From an uncultured Bacteroidales bacterium (lineage in GTDB: Bacteria > Bacteroidota > Bacteroidia > Bacteroidales > UBA932): a DNA stretch of 64,000 nt. Shown here in pieces: positions 27,335-36,196 of this stretch. The number at the start of each line of letters is the position of its first letter. Within the stretch, counting starts at the first letter, position 1. The notes beneath the pieces are model-generated. The model saw only the letters and a program-made list of their open reading frames with translations. It made no database searches and was not told where the DNA came from. The position numbers and the translations under genes are program-made. The DNA lies in NCBI GenBank assembly GCA_944322605.1, contig CALUPD010000040.1, positions 9,833 to 73,832 on the forward strand, given 5' to 3'.

Positions 27335-28885
27335 ATGTTATCTGTAAGCCATTCAGCCGTATGCCTCGGGATAGAGGCTTCTCTGATAACCGTCGAGGTA
27401 GACATTTCAGACGGCATTTCATTCCATCTTGTAGGACTTCCCGATTCAGCCGTAAAGGAAAGCCAGCAGAGAATAAGCGTGGCCCTGTCGAAAATAGGAT
27501 ACCGCATCCCCGGGAAAAGGATAGTCATAAACATGGCCCCTGCGGACCTGAAAAAGACGGGCTCGGCATTCGACTGCGCCATAGCGGCCGGAATAGTGGA
27601 CGCCTCAGGGCAAAAGAGGCTGCCGAGGATAGGAGACTTCATAATCATGGGAGAGCTGGCATTGGACGGAAGCCTGCGCTATTGCAGGGGATGCCTTCCG
27701 ATAGCCCTGCATGCCGCAGATTACGGATTCAAAGGATGCATATTCCCTTATGAGGCGGCAGAAGAGGCGGCTGCGTTGAAAGGAATAGAAATATACGGGG
27801 CCAGAAACCTTGCTGACGTATTCGGAATCCTCGGAGAGGACCCCAAGGCATGGGAGTCCCGCAACAGGATTACTGCACGCGGCACGGAGGCGGAGCCCAT
27901 CCGCAGCTTTTGCGATTATGCTGACTTCAAATACATAAAAGGGCAGAAAGCAGCGAAAAGGGCAATAGAGATAGCGGCGGCCGGAGGACACAACATCCTG
28001 CTATCCGGCCCTCCCGGGTCCGGGAAAAGCCTTATGGCCAAGGCCATCCAAGGCATACTTCCGCCGCTGGACGAAACGGAATCGGTTGAAACGAGCAAAA
28101 TCTATTCGGTCGCAGGAGAGCTGAAAGGCAACGGGGGACTTCTGCGTTCAAGGCCTTTCAGAAGCCCTCACCACAGCGCGTCTTCCGTCTCGATCACAGG
28201 AGGAGGAAGCAATCCGATGCCAGGAGAAATATCATTGGCACACAACGGCATATTGTTCCTTGACGAAATGCCGGAATTTTCAAGGGCCGTGCTCGAATCA
28301 TTGAGGCAGCCTCTCGAAGACGGATGCATTTCCGTCTCAAGGGCAGGATATAAAGTATCCTATCCCGCCAGGATAATGCTCGTGGGAACGATGAACCCAT
28401 GCCCGTGCGGATACGCCGGCGACGGGAGCGGCAGATGCAAATGCAGCGGTACAGCAGTGAGAAAATACTTTTCGAAAATATCCGGCCCGTTGCTTGACCG
28501 CATCGACATCTATGTGAAAGTCCGCGCTTCCGACGCTTCCGAAATATTCGACGGCAAATATGAAGAATGCAGCAGTTCCATTGCAAGCCGCGTGGAAAAG
28601 GCGAGAAGATTGCAGCAGGAAAGATATTCCGCATTGAACGGAACAAGCATGACGGCTATCCATACGAATTCAATGCTCGACCAGAAATCGGTATTCGAAT
28701 TCTGCAACGCAAGGCGGGAAGCATTGAAACTTCTCGACAAGGCCGGAAAATCCATGGGGCTGTCGGCACGCTCTATCGTAAGGATACTAAAGATAGCACG
28801 GACAATTGCAGACCTTGAATCGTCCTTTGAAATAAAGGAAGAACATATAGCGGAAGCCGCCGCCTACAAAGCCCCGTCCCTGTGA
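27335..28885 (+). CDS. comM: Mg-chelatase-like AAA+ ATPase YifB/ComM
   Basis: N-terminal Lon-like domain, Walker A LSGPPGSGKS, GILFLDEMPEF, Cys cluster CPCGYAGDGSGRCKC. Confidence 0.9.
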   Translation: MLSVSHSAVCLGIEASLITVEVDISDGISFHLVGLPDSAVKESQQRISVALSKIGYRIPGKRIVINMAPADLKKTGSAFDCAIAAGIVDASGQKRLPRIGDFIIMGELALDGSLRYCRGCLPIALHAADYGFKGCIFPYEAAEEAAALKGIEIYGARNLADVFGILGEDPKAWESRNRITARGTEAEPIRSFCDYADFKYIKGQKAAKRAIEIAAAGGHNILLSGPPGSGKSLMAKAIQGILPPLDETESVETSKIYSVAGELKGNGGLLRSRPFRSPHHSASSVSITGGGSNPMPGEISLAHNGILFLDEMPEFSRAVLESLRQPLEDGCISVSRAGYKVSYPARIMLVGTMNPCPCGYAGDGSGRCKCSGTAVRKYFSKISGPLLDRIDIYVKVRASDASEIFDGKYEECSSSIASRVEKARRLQQERYSALNGTSMTAIHTNSMLDQKSVFEFCNARREALKLLDKAGKSMGLSARSIVRILKIARTIADLESSFEIKEEHIAEAAAYKAPSL

Positions 28886-29043
28886 CACGGCGGAATCAAG
28901 CACGGGACAAGCCGCATAGCCGCCTATGGCGGAAGCCGGGCACGGTGCATGCCAAATCTGCGCCGTGACGGCAGCTGCCGCACAGGAATCGCGGCCAATG
29001 GCACTGGAATTCATGGACCGCATCATGCAGCGCGGAGGCATGG

Positions 29044-29460
29044 TCACATCAAAGTCACGACCCTGCTGCCGTCTTCGGCCATTTCGATCCTGAACCGCAA
29101 CGTATCGTCGGGAAGCATGTCTTCGGCAAGTTCAGGCCATTCGATAAGGCATAGGTCGCCGCTGTCCATATACTCTTCGAAACCTATGTCATAGAGCTCT
29201 TCCGGCTTGTTTATCCTGTACAGGTCGAAATGGTAGACGGGATTGCCGGAACCGTCCTTGTACTCGTTCACAATCGTGAATGTCGGGCTGGTCACGAGGT
29301 CGGACACCCCCAACGCGCGGCACAACGCCGTTATGAAAGTCGTTTTCCCGACACCCATGCCTGCATAAAAGGCGATATGCGCCGCTCCTGCGGCCATTTC
29401 GAGAAATTCTGCGGCTGCACGGTCCAAATCGCCCGTTCCTGAAATTATTATAGGTTTCAT
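29044..29460 (-). CDS. tsaE: tRNA t6A biosynthesis ATPase TsaE
   Basis: GMGVGKTTFITALCRALGV P-loop, SPTFTIVNEY, HFDLYR motifs. Confidence 0.85.
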   Translation of the reverse strand: MKPIIISGTGDLDRAAAEFLEMAAGAAHIAFYAGMGVGKTTFITALCRALGVSDLVTSPTFTIVNEYKDGSGNPVYHFDLYRINKPEELYDIGFEEYMDSGDLCLIEWPELAEDMLPDDTLRFRIEMAEDGSRVVTLM

Positions 29461-29467
29461 GCGAAAA

Positions 29468-30505
29468 TCATCTTAATTCGAAGAATATGCGGCCATCTCC
29501 TTTTTCAAGGAATCCTATCTCATAAAGAGGGAAGCCCATATTCCCCGACATGTCCCTTAATTCAGTTTCAGATGCCGGCGCAACCGCGATAAGCAGGCCG
29601 CCGCTAGTCTGAGGGTCGCATATTATGGCCTTTTCCCTTTCGGTCACAAGAGACATCTTGCTCCCATAACTTGCGAAGTTGCGGAAAGTTCCGCCCGGCA
29701 TGCATTCTTTGTCTATATAATAGTCCGCGCCGCCGATTTTGGGAATCCTGTCTTTATAGACCACCGCTTTCAATCCGCTGCCCTCGGCCATTTCTATCGC
29801 ATGCCCTGCAAGCCCGAAACCGGTCACGTCAGTAAGGGCCTTTACCCCGTCAATGCCGGAGATGGACACTCCAGCCCTGTTCAATGTCGTCATGAGAGCA
29901 AGGGCCTCTTCCCTGTCACTCTCCCTTACAACCCCGAATTTTTCCGCAGAACTTACAAGCCCTATTCCTATCGGCTTGGTAAGAAACAGTTTGCACCCTT
30001 CTTCCGCGCCATTGTTCCTTTTGACCATGCCCGCCGGGACAAGCCCTGTGACCGCAAGGCCGAAAATAGGATCGGATATGTTTATGCTATGTCCTCCGGC
30101 AAGCGGGATTCCGGCATCGTCGCAAACCGACCTGGCGCCGTTTACGACCTCGGAAGCGACAGCAGCAGGCAATTTGTCCAATGGCCAGCCGAGAATGGCT
30201 ATGGCCATCATGGGAGAGCCGCCCATTGCATATATGTCGCTTATGGCATTTGTAGCCGCAATCCTTCCGAAATCATAAGGATTATCGACGATAGGCGTAA
30301 AGAAATCGGTAGTGCTTATCACGGCCCTGCCGTCCCCTATGTCATAAACCGCAGCATCGTCCTTGCTGTCGTTTCCCACAAGCAGGTCCTTGAAATCCAA
30401 CGCAGACCTGCTTCCGCGCAATATTTCTTCCAGGTCCTTCGGGGCTATTTTGCATCCGCATCCCGCCCCAGGGCTGAATTGCGTGAGCCTTATGTTCTGT
30501 TCCAT
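29468..30505 (-). CDS. selD: selenide, water dikinase (Cys-type)
   Basis: N-terminal LTQFSPGAGCGCKI motif (Cys rather than Sec at the active site) and an AIR-synthase-like fold. Confidence 0.9.
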   Translation of the reverse strand: MEQNIRLTQFSPGAGCGCKIAPKDLEEILRGSRSALDFKDLLVGNDSKDDAAVYDIGDGRAVISTTDFFTPIVDNPYDFGRIAATNAISDIYAMGGSPMMAIAILGWPLDKLPAAVASEVVNGARSVCDDAGIPLAGGHSINISDPIFGLAVTGLVPAGMVKRNNGAEEGCKLFLTKPIGIGLVSSAEKFGVVRESDREEALALMTTLNRAGVSISGIDGVKALTDVTGFGLAGHAIEMAEGSGLKAVVYKDRIPKIGGADYYIDKECMPGGTFRNFASYGSKMSLVTEREKAIICDPQTSGGLLIAVAPASETELRDMSGNMGFPLYEIGFLEKGDGRIFFELR

Positions 30506-30515
30506 GCTATTTTCC

Positions 30516-30860
30516 TCAGATAGTAATTACTTTCGTGCTATTGTCCTGCGCGCCTATTATGTCGACCATGGTGGCAACCGTGCCCACCGCCACCTTGTCC
30601 GCAAGAGCGTAGAAATTAAGGCAAGTCTTGCATATAAGGATCTTGCATCCCGAAGATTCGAGAGCCTTCAGCTCTTCTATGACAGGAGATCCTTCGATTG
30701 TAAGCCTTACGCCGTCGGCATAAAAGCAGATATACGCAGGGACCATGTTTTCTTCCCTGATCAAAACAAGATAATTCTTGACAAGGGTGAGCGACAATTC
30801 TTCCGGAGCCGTTCCCATGCCGTACCTGCTGACTATTACAGTCGTCTTTTCATGTTGCAT
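30516..30860 (-). CDS. DsrE/YedF-like small sulfur/selenium-carrier family protein
   Basis: 114 aa with a DsrE-like pattern (VIVSRYGMG...ILICKTCLN). Lies directly upstream of selD. Confidence 0.5.
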   Translation of the reverse strand: MQHEKTTVIVSRYGMGTAPEELSLTLVKNYLVLIREENMVPAYICFYADGVRLTIEGSPVIEELKALESSGCKILICKTCLNFYALADKVAVGTVATMVDIIGAQDNSTKVITI

Positions 30861-31046
30861 GATATATCGTATTAATTATTAACCATTCAATAGCAAAATA
30901 AACCGGGACTCCATCCGTCCCTAACCGTGTTATCCCTTGCGCAGTACAGCACTTTTTCCCGCAAGGATTCAGGATCTCGCGACCCTTGGCACCGTCCTCA
31001 TGATTAAAAGGCAGGAACGTGCGTCCGGGCCGCCTCTGTGCAGCAA

Positions 31047-32135
31047 TCAACTGATGCCGTAGAACGACCTGCCGCAATCTATCAGTTCCCCTATCCGTCC
31101 CTCGACATCGAGGCCATCCATTTCCACGACGGCGCAGCCGTTTCCCGCGCCTCTCCTTGCAAGGGATGATGAATAGAATTTGTCATAATATGAAAGGCAT
31201 ATTCCAGCCGCCTTTTCCAAATCTCCGGACCGGCAGGCTTCTTTAGCCTCCGCGCATTTTTCGCGGCCCAGCCTCTTCTCGATTTTCGAAATAGAAGCTT
31301 CTATGTCGGACACCGGAAAGCATGCGTAATCCCTCATAAGCCTTTTTATCCTTGTTTCCCTGCCGGTTTCGATCCTCACCATAGGCGCGGCCTGCATCTG
31401 GTCCCATAAAGCCTGCGGAACACAAACCTTGCCCACGTTGCGGCTCTCGTCCTCGATCCATACGGGCTTCGACTTGTCCATTTTCCTGAACTTGTCGAAA
31501 AGGATATTTTCAAAATATTCGTTGGACGGCTGCGTTTCCTGCCCGAGAGTCCCGAATGCGGACCCCCTGTGACAGGCCAACCCTTCCAAATCGAGGACCT
31601 GCTCCCCGGCCTTTTCGAGGGCGTGCAGGATATCGGTTTTGCCGCACCCCGTCAGTCCTCCGAGGATTACCGCCTTCACCGGCTCGGCGAATCCTTCTAT
31701 CACATGCGACCTGTAGGCCTTGTACCCGCCTTCCAAAAGAAAGCATCTCAGCCCTACGGTTTCAAAAAGCCAGGCCATGGAAGAACTTCTCATGCCGCCT
31801 CTCCAGCAATGCACCATAAGCTCGTCCGATCCGGCACTCAACGCCGACTTCGCGAAACCGGCAAGCTTAGGACCGACGATTTCCAGTCCGAGCAGAACCG
31901 CCGCCGTCTTGCCTTCATGATTATAGGCAGTCCCGACTTTAGCCCTCTCCGAATCGTCGAACAGGGGAATATTGATTGCCGAAGGGATACGGGCATGCGC
32001 GAATTCCGACGGCGACCTGACATCCACGACAGGCCTATGTTCCGACATTTCAAGGAATTTCTCCACTGTAACCTTTTCAGCCATATACTTTCCGTCTATT
32101 GTTTTATAATAACCGATCGAAATCCAATTTGACAT
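31047..32135 (-). CDS. selU: tRNA 2-selenouridine synthase
   Basis: Rhodanese domain VDVRSPSEFAHARIPSAINIPL with active-site HCWRGGMRS, followed by the P-loop GGLTGCGKT. Confidence 0.85.
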   Translation of the reverse strand: MSNWISIGYYKTIDGKYMAEKVTVEKFLEMSEHRPVVDVRSPSEFAHARIPSAINIPLFDDSERAKVGTAYNHEGKTAAVLLGLEIVGPKLAGFAKSALSAGSDELMVHCWRGGMRSSSMAWLFETVGLRCFLLEGGYKAYRSHVIEGFAEPVKAVILGGLTGCGKTDILHALEKAGEQVLDLEGLACHRGSAFGTLGQETQPSNEYFENILFDKFRKMDKSKPVWIEDESRNVGKVCVPQALWDQMQAAPMVRIETGRETRIKRLMRDYACFPVSDIEASISKIEKRLGREKCAEAKEACRSGDLEKAAGICLSYYDKFYSSSLARRGAGNGCAVVEMDGLDVEGRIGELIDCGRSFYGIS

Positions 32136-32212
32136 GGGACGGCAAATCTTTCCGCGCTTGCGGCTTTCCGTCCCCTATGCATGGCCGGCCCCGCATTCGC
32201 GCGCCTGCCATC

Positions 32213-32737
32213 TCATTCGTTTCCGTCCAAGGCATGCAAATCGGCCTGCCGCTTCCACTCGGCGACTTCCATGTCGAAGATCCTGCCGTCCTCTATTCTG
32301 AACCTCAACGCTGTACGCACGGCATGGAATCCCTGTATGCCGCATGCCCCGGGATTAAGCACAAGCATCCCCAATCTCTTATCGTTCATCACCCTCAATA
32401 TATGGGAATGCCCGCACACGAAAATATCGGGCCTGTGCGCATATATAAGCTGCAAGGCCTTGTGGTCATACCTTCCTGGGAATCCGCCTATATGCGTCAT
32501 GAGTATCCTTTTGCCTCCCGTCTCCATCAATTGCACATACGGATACGCAGACCGCACATCCGTCCCGTCGCAATTGCCGTAAACGCCTTTCAACGGCTTG
32601 AAAGCCGCTATCGAATCCGCCGTGGCGAGACTTCCGAAATCTCCCGCATGCCATATCTCGTCGACAGGTTCGAGAAAAGAGCGGACCTTTTCATCGAAAT
32701 AATTATGTGTATCGGATATCAAACCTATATATGCCAT
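32213..32737 (-). CDS. YfcE/MJ0936-type metallophosphoesterase
   Basis: SDTH, HAGD, GNCD, and GHSH motifs in the canonical order. Confidence 0.8.
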   Translation of the reverse strand: MAYIGLISDTHNYFDEKVRSFLEPVDEIWHAGDFGSLATADSIAAFKPLKGVYGNCDGTDVRSAYPYVQLMETGGKRILMTHIGGFPGRYDHKALQLIYAHRPDIFVCGHSHILRVMNDKRLGMLVLNPGACGIQGFHAVRTALRFRIEDGRIFDMEVAEWKRQADLHALDGNE

Positions 32738-32911
32738 ATCGCCGAATCATTTGCGGCACTGCATAAGCCCTGACTGGAAACACGGTCCGAAAATCAGGAA
32801 TACGGTCCAAGCCCGGCCCGCATGCCGTAAAACCGAGAACAAATATACGTATTTTGGCCGTTACTCATAGCAAATGTTTCGGGCCTCATGCAAAACTTGC
32901 GGCATTAGCCA

Positions 32912-32919
32912 TATATTTG
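32912..32919 (+). promoter_or_regulatory. -7 box TATATTTG upstream of rsmE
   Basis: Exact TAnnTTTG match, 22 nt upstream of the ATG. Confidence 0.45.
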
Positions 32920-32940
32920 CAATATCTATTTTTTAATCAT

Positions 32941-33681
32941 ATGGAACTGTTTTTTGCAAATGAAATACGCGAAGGCATGGTTATCCTCGAAGGGGACGAA
33001 TTCAGGCATTGCTGCAAGGTCCTGAGGAACAAGGAAGGAGACATCGTGCATGCCATAGACGGGAAAGGCCTGCTCATGGAATGCCGGATCACGTCCGTCT
33101 CATCATCCAGGGCCGAAGCGGAAGTATTGTCTTCGACGACCGGTTTCGGCGCGCACGGTTACAGGCTCGCCGTCGCGGCGGCTCCGACCAAAAACAACGA
33201 AAGGTACGAATGGTTTCTCGAAAAAGCCGTCGAAATGGGAATAGACAGGTGCATTCCGCTCATCTGCGAACATTCGGAAAGGAAAACGATAAAAAAAGAC
33301 AGGCTCGAAAGAATCGTCCTTTCAGCCGCAAAACAGTCTCTCAAAGCGGAGTTGCCCGAAATAGACGACCCCATGGCGTTCAAAGAAGCAATCAAAGAAT
33401 ATTCCGCGTTCGAAGGAATAAAGGCGATTGCCTATTGCGGAGAAGAATACAGGCGCGAGGAACTGGCAACTGTCATTTCAGCCAACAGGAAAAGGATCAA
33501 AGACATCGGGATGATAATCCTCATAGGCCCGGAAGGAGACTTTTCAAAAGAAGAGGCAACCCTTGCGGCAAGTTCCGGATTCGTGCCTGTAAGCATAGGA
33601 AGCTCCAGGCTGAGGACAGAAACCGCCGCCATGGTCGCAGTGGCAGCGGTTTACACAGGAATGTCCGCCTGCACGGATTAA
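32941..33681 (+). CDS. rsmE: 16S rRNA (uracil1498-N3)-methyltransferase
   Basis: MELFFA...GDEFRHCCKVLR N-terminus and the C-terminal IGPEGDFSKEE...LG.RILRTETA-like motif. Start moved to the ATG at 32941. Confidence 0.8.
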   Translation: MELFFANEIREGMVILEGDEFRHCCKVLRNKEGDIVHAIDGKGLLMECRITSVSSSRAEAEVLSSTTGFGAHGYRLAVAAAPTKNNERYEWFLEKAVEMGIDRCIPLICEHSERKTIKKDRLERIVLSAAKQSLKAELPEIDDPMAFKEAIKEYSAFEGIKAIAYCGEEYRREELATVISANRKRIKDIGMIILIGPEGDFSKEEATLAASSGFVPVSIGSSRLRTETAAMVAVAAVYTGMSACTD

Positions 33682-33697
33682 CGACGGAGCGTTTCCG

Positions 33698-34306
33698 CTA
33701 ATCTTCGATTATCCTTACGAACGCGCAGATTATTTCGGCCGCCTTTTCTATTCCGACCGAGCTGTCGACGGTAAGATGGTAATTTGAAGCCACTCCCCAT
33801 TTGCCTTGGGCGTAATGATTATGGTAAGAGGCCCTGCGCCTGTCCGTAAGCCTTATGCGGTCTTCCGCCTGGGATTTGGTACAGCCCTCCCTGTCCATCA
33901 CCCTCCTGATCCTGTCCTCCATCGGAGCGTGTATGAATATGTTCACCACGTCAGGACGTTCGCGCAGAACGTAATCCGAGCAACGCCCGACTATGACACA
34001 AGGCCCTTTTTCAGCGATTTTTCTTATCGTATCGCTTTGCACAAGAAAAACCTTGTCGTACACAGGCACGCTGTTCGAATACATGAACGGGCTATAGCTC
34101 AAGACTCCCGGAACTTTGTCTTCGGAAGACTCCACGAAAGCAGAAGAAAATTCCGACTCCTCGGCGGACAGCTCAGCGACATTCTTGTCGTAGAAAGGGA
34201 TGCCGAATCTTTCGGCTACGGCCTTGCCTATCATCATGCCGCCTGACCCGTATTCGCGGCTTATGGTTATAATGTGTTTCATGGCTGTTGTTATTTTAGA
34301 TTTCAT
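33698..34306 (-). CDS. cytidylate kinase-like family protein
   Basis: ITISREYGSGGMMIGKAVAERFGIPFYDK N-terminus, typical of the cytidylate-kinase-like AAA family. An alternative start is at 34282. Confidence 0.65.
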   Translation of the reverse strand: MKSKITTAMKHIITISREYGSGGMMIGKAVAERFGIPFYDKNVAELSAEESEFSSAFVESSEDKVPGVLSYSPFMYSNSVPVYDKVFLVQSDTIRKIAEKGPCVIVGRCSDYVLRERPDVVNIFIHAPMEDRIRRVMDREGCTKSQAEDRIRLTDRRRASYHNHYAQGKWGVASNYHLTVDSSVGIEKAAEIICAFVRIIED

Positions 34307-34307
34307 C

Positions 34308-34447
34308 TACAATCACGCTGCGCCTCGGCATTGCCTGAACAAGTTCCGACACTGCTCTCGGCTTGCAGTTTATTTTAAACTTTGTTTACAATCGCGCTGC
34401 CCGGGCATAGTCCGCGCAAGCTTGTCTTCCGCCCCGGCTTGCAGCCC
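34308..34447. repeat. dispersed ~75-bp repeat: one full copy plus a diverged tandem copy
   Basis: 34308-34380 is about 95 percent identical to the reverse complement of 62774-62858. It shares the CGCTGCGCCTCGGCA ... CTGCTCTCGGCTTGC blocks with the array at 2567-3024. Confidence 0.8.
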
Positions 34448-34712
34448 ATTGATAGAATCATTTGCTATCCAAATATACGGCTTATTTTCCGTTTTTCCTA
34501 TAAAAAATGCCGAATGCGGCCATGAAATGCGAAAATTGCAGCCGTCGGGGATTTTCACTACTTTTGAGACCGGAGGCAGGAAGAGGACATATCCGCCGCG
34601 CAGACCGGAGCGCATAAGCATTATTCGGTACGCGGGCATTGAAAATACCTTGTCGGACCTATTTCCCGCATGAGGGGATTTGATTTAATTTGTACCATTA
34701 AAACTTCAAGAC

Positions 34713-35435
34713 ATGAACATGATTCGCAGCTACGGCCCTTATGACAAAATGATGGATCTGATAGGCAGCAACTACGCCTTGCTCCAAGTCATGAACCGGT
34801 TCGGAATACCGTTAGGGCTCGGAGAGCAAACCGTGGAGGAAGCGTGCATGAATTACGGGGTCCATTGCCCGACTTTCATAGCCGTGATGAATTTTGTATC
34901 CGAAGGCTCGTCCAGATTGGATGAAAACATGGAGAACATCTCCGTGCCTGCGCTTATAGGATACCTGCGCAACACGCACAGCTATTTCCTCGATTTCTAC
35001 TTTCCTCTTATCAAGGACAAGCTCACGGAAGCCATCCCGGCATCGCCGGACGGCATGAAGACACTTATACTTAAATGCTTCGACGATTACGCATCCCTTG
35101 TGAGAAAACATATGGAATCCGAAGAAGACACCGTTTTCGCCTATGCGGGCAGCCTTCTTGACGGGGAATGCCCTGACGGTTACGAAATCAGCACGTTCTC
35201 GAAGCACCACGACCAGGTAGGCGAGAAATTGACAGAATTCAAGAACATACTGATAAAATACTGTCCGTCAAACAGCGACAACAATCTTTTGAATTCAGCC
35301 CTGCTTGACATTTATTACAGCGAAGAAGGATTGGACACGCATTGCAGGGTCGAGGATCTTCTTTTCGTTCCTGCAATACAGAGACTGGAAAAGACAGTCG
35401 CGGAAAAAAGGAGAACAGCGGAAAATGGGAAATGA
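34713..35435 (+). CDS. RIC/ScdA-like hemerythrin-domain protein (putative di-iron protein)
   Basis: ScdA_N-like N-terminus (NRFGIPLGLGEQTVEEACMNYGV) and hemerythrin-like H....EE..VF elements (KHMESEEDTVFAY). Confidence 0.45.
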   Translation: MNMIRSYGPYDKMMDLIGSNYALLQVMNRFGIPLGLGEQTVEEACMNYGVHCPTFIAVMNFVSEGSSRLDENMENISVPALIGYLRNTHSYFLDFYFPLIKDKLTEAIPASPDGMKTLILKCFDDYASLVRKHMESEEDTVFAYAGSLLDGECPDGYEISTFSKHHDQVGEKLTEFKNILIKYCPSNSDNNLLNSALLDIYYSEEGLDTHCRVEDLLFVPAIQRLEKTVAEKRRTAENGK

Positions 35436-36039
35436 CAAATTCATAAACATCGCAGTAGCGGAATCCTCCATAATAATAAGGACAGGCATCACGAATGTCC
35501 TGAAAAAACTGCCGGGGCTGCGCCCGCAGCTGATAGAAATGGCATCCGCCGACGGCCTGCAAAATTACATGAGGGCCAAACCGGTAGACCTGCTGATAGT
35601 GAATCCGGCATTCGGAGGCCATTTCGACATTGCAGGATTCAGGAAAAAGGCGGAAGCGAAGGACACCAAAGCCATCGCGCTGCTCAGCACGTTCATAGAC
35701 AATTCCGTCCTTGCAAACTACGACGGGAACATATCCATATTCGACGGGCCGGAAACAATATCGGAAAAAATAAACGAGGTCATCTCCGGGCCGGAACAGG
35801 ACGATGAAGAAAAGACGGACACCCTAAGCCAAAGGGAAAAAGACATTGTGATACGCATTGTAAAAGGCATGACCAACAAGGAAATCGCCGACGACCTGTT
35901 TCTTTCCGTGCATACCGTGATAACGCACAGGCGCAACATATCCCGAAAGCTGCAAATACACAGCGTATCAGGGCTGACAATTTATGCCATCGTAAACAAG
36001 CTTGTAGAGCTCAAGGACATACGCCACCAAATAGGATAG
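35425..36039 (+). CDS. LuxR/FixJ-family regulator with a degenerate receiver domain
   Basis: C-terminal LSQREKDIVIRIVKGMTNKEIADDLFLSVHTVITHRRNISRKL HTH. The receiver-like N-terminus has AE in place of the acidic DD pair and DLLIVN in place of the phospho-acceptor Asp. Its start overlaps the upstream stop by 11 nt. Confidence 0.7.
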   Translation: MGNDKFINIAVAESSIIIRTGITNVLKKLPGLRPQLIEMASADGLQNYMRAKPVDLLIVNPAFGGHFDIAGFRKKAEAKDTKAIALLSTFIDNSVLANYDGNISIFDGPETISEKINEVISGPEQDDEEKTDTLSQREKDIVIRIVKGMTNKEIADDLFLSVHTVITHRRNISRKLQIHSVSGLTIYAIVNKLVELKDIRHQIG

Positions 36040-36196
36040 GCGGGAGCGCGAAACTCCGCCCGCTTCCGCTGTGCGCACAGATCCGGAAAACCAGAGCAAC
36101 GCGGTTGCAGGCAAAAGCCATGCATCTGCCAGCCACGAAAGATTTTGCAGCCTTTGGCGGACATGGCTATTTCAAACAAGCATCATGAGCCGTCCG

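Noticed and set aside
29468-30505. Selenocysteine (in-frame TGA) in SelD
   Set aside because: The active-site position is encoded as Cys (GAGCGCKI) and the ORF has no internal stop.
29801-30523. 240-aa + strand ORF
   Set aside because: It is antisense within selD.
30861-31046. TPP riboswitch in the selD leader
   Set aside because: There is a superficial resemblance (GGTGCC...GCGAGATCCTGAATCC...GCGGGAAAA). However, the CUGAGA and ACCUGAUCUGGAUAAUGCCAGCG cores are absent, the spacing is too short, and the gene context is wrong.
33009-33701. 230-aa + strand ORF
   Set aside because: It is an alternative frame of rsmE that gives an extremely Arg/Gly-rich product (RRERPAHGMPDHVRLIIQGRSGS...). 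The rsmE frame carries the family motifs.
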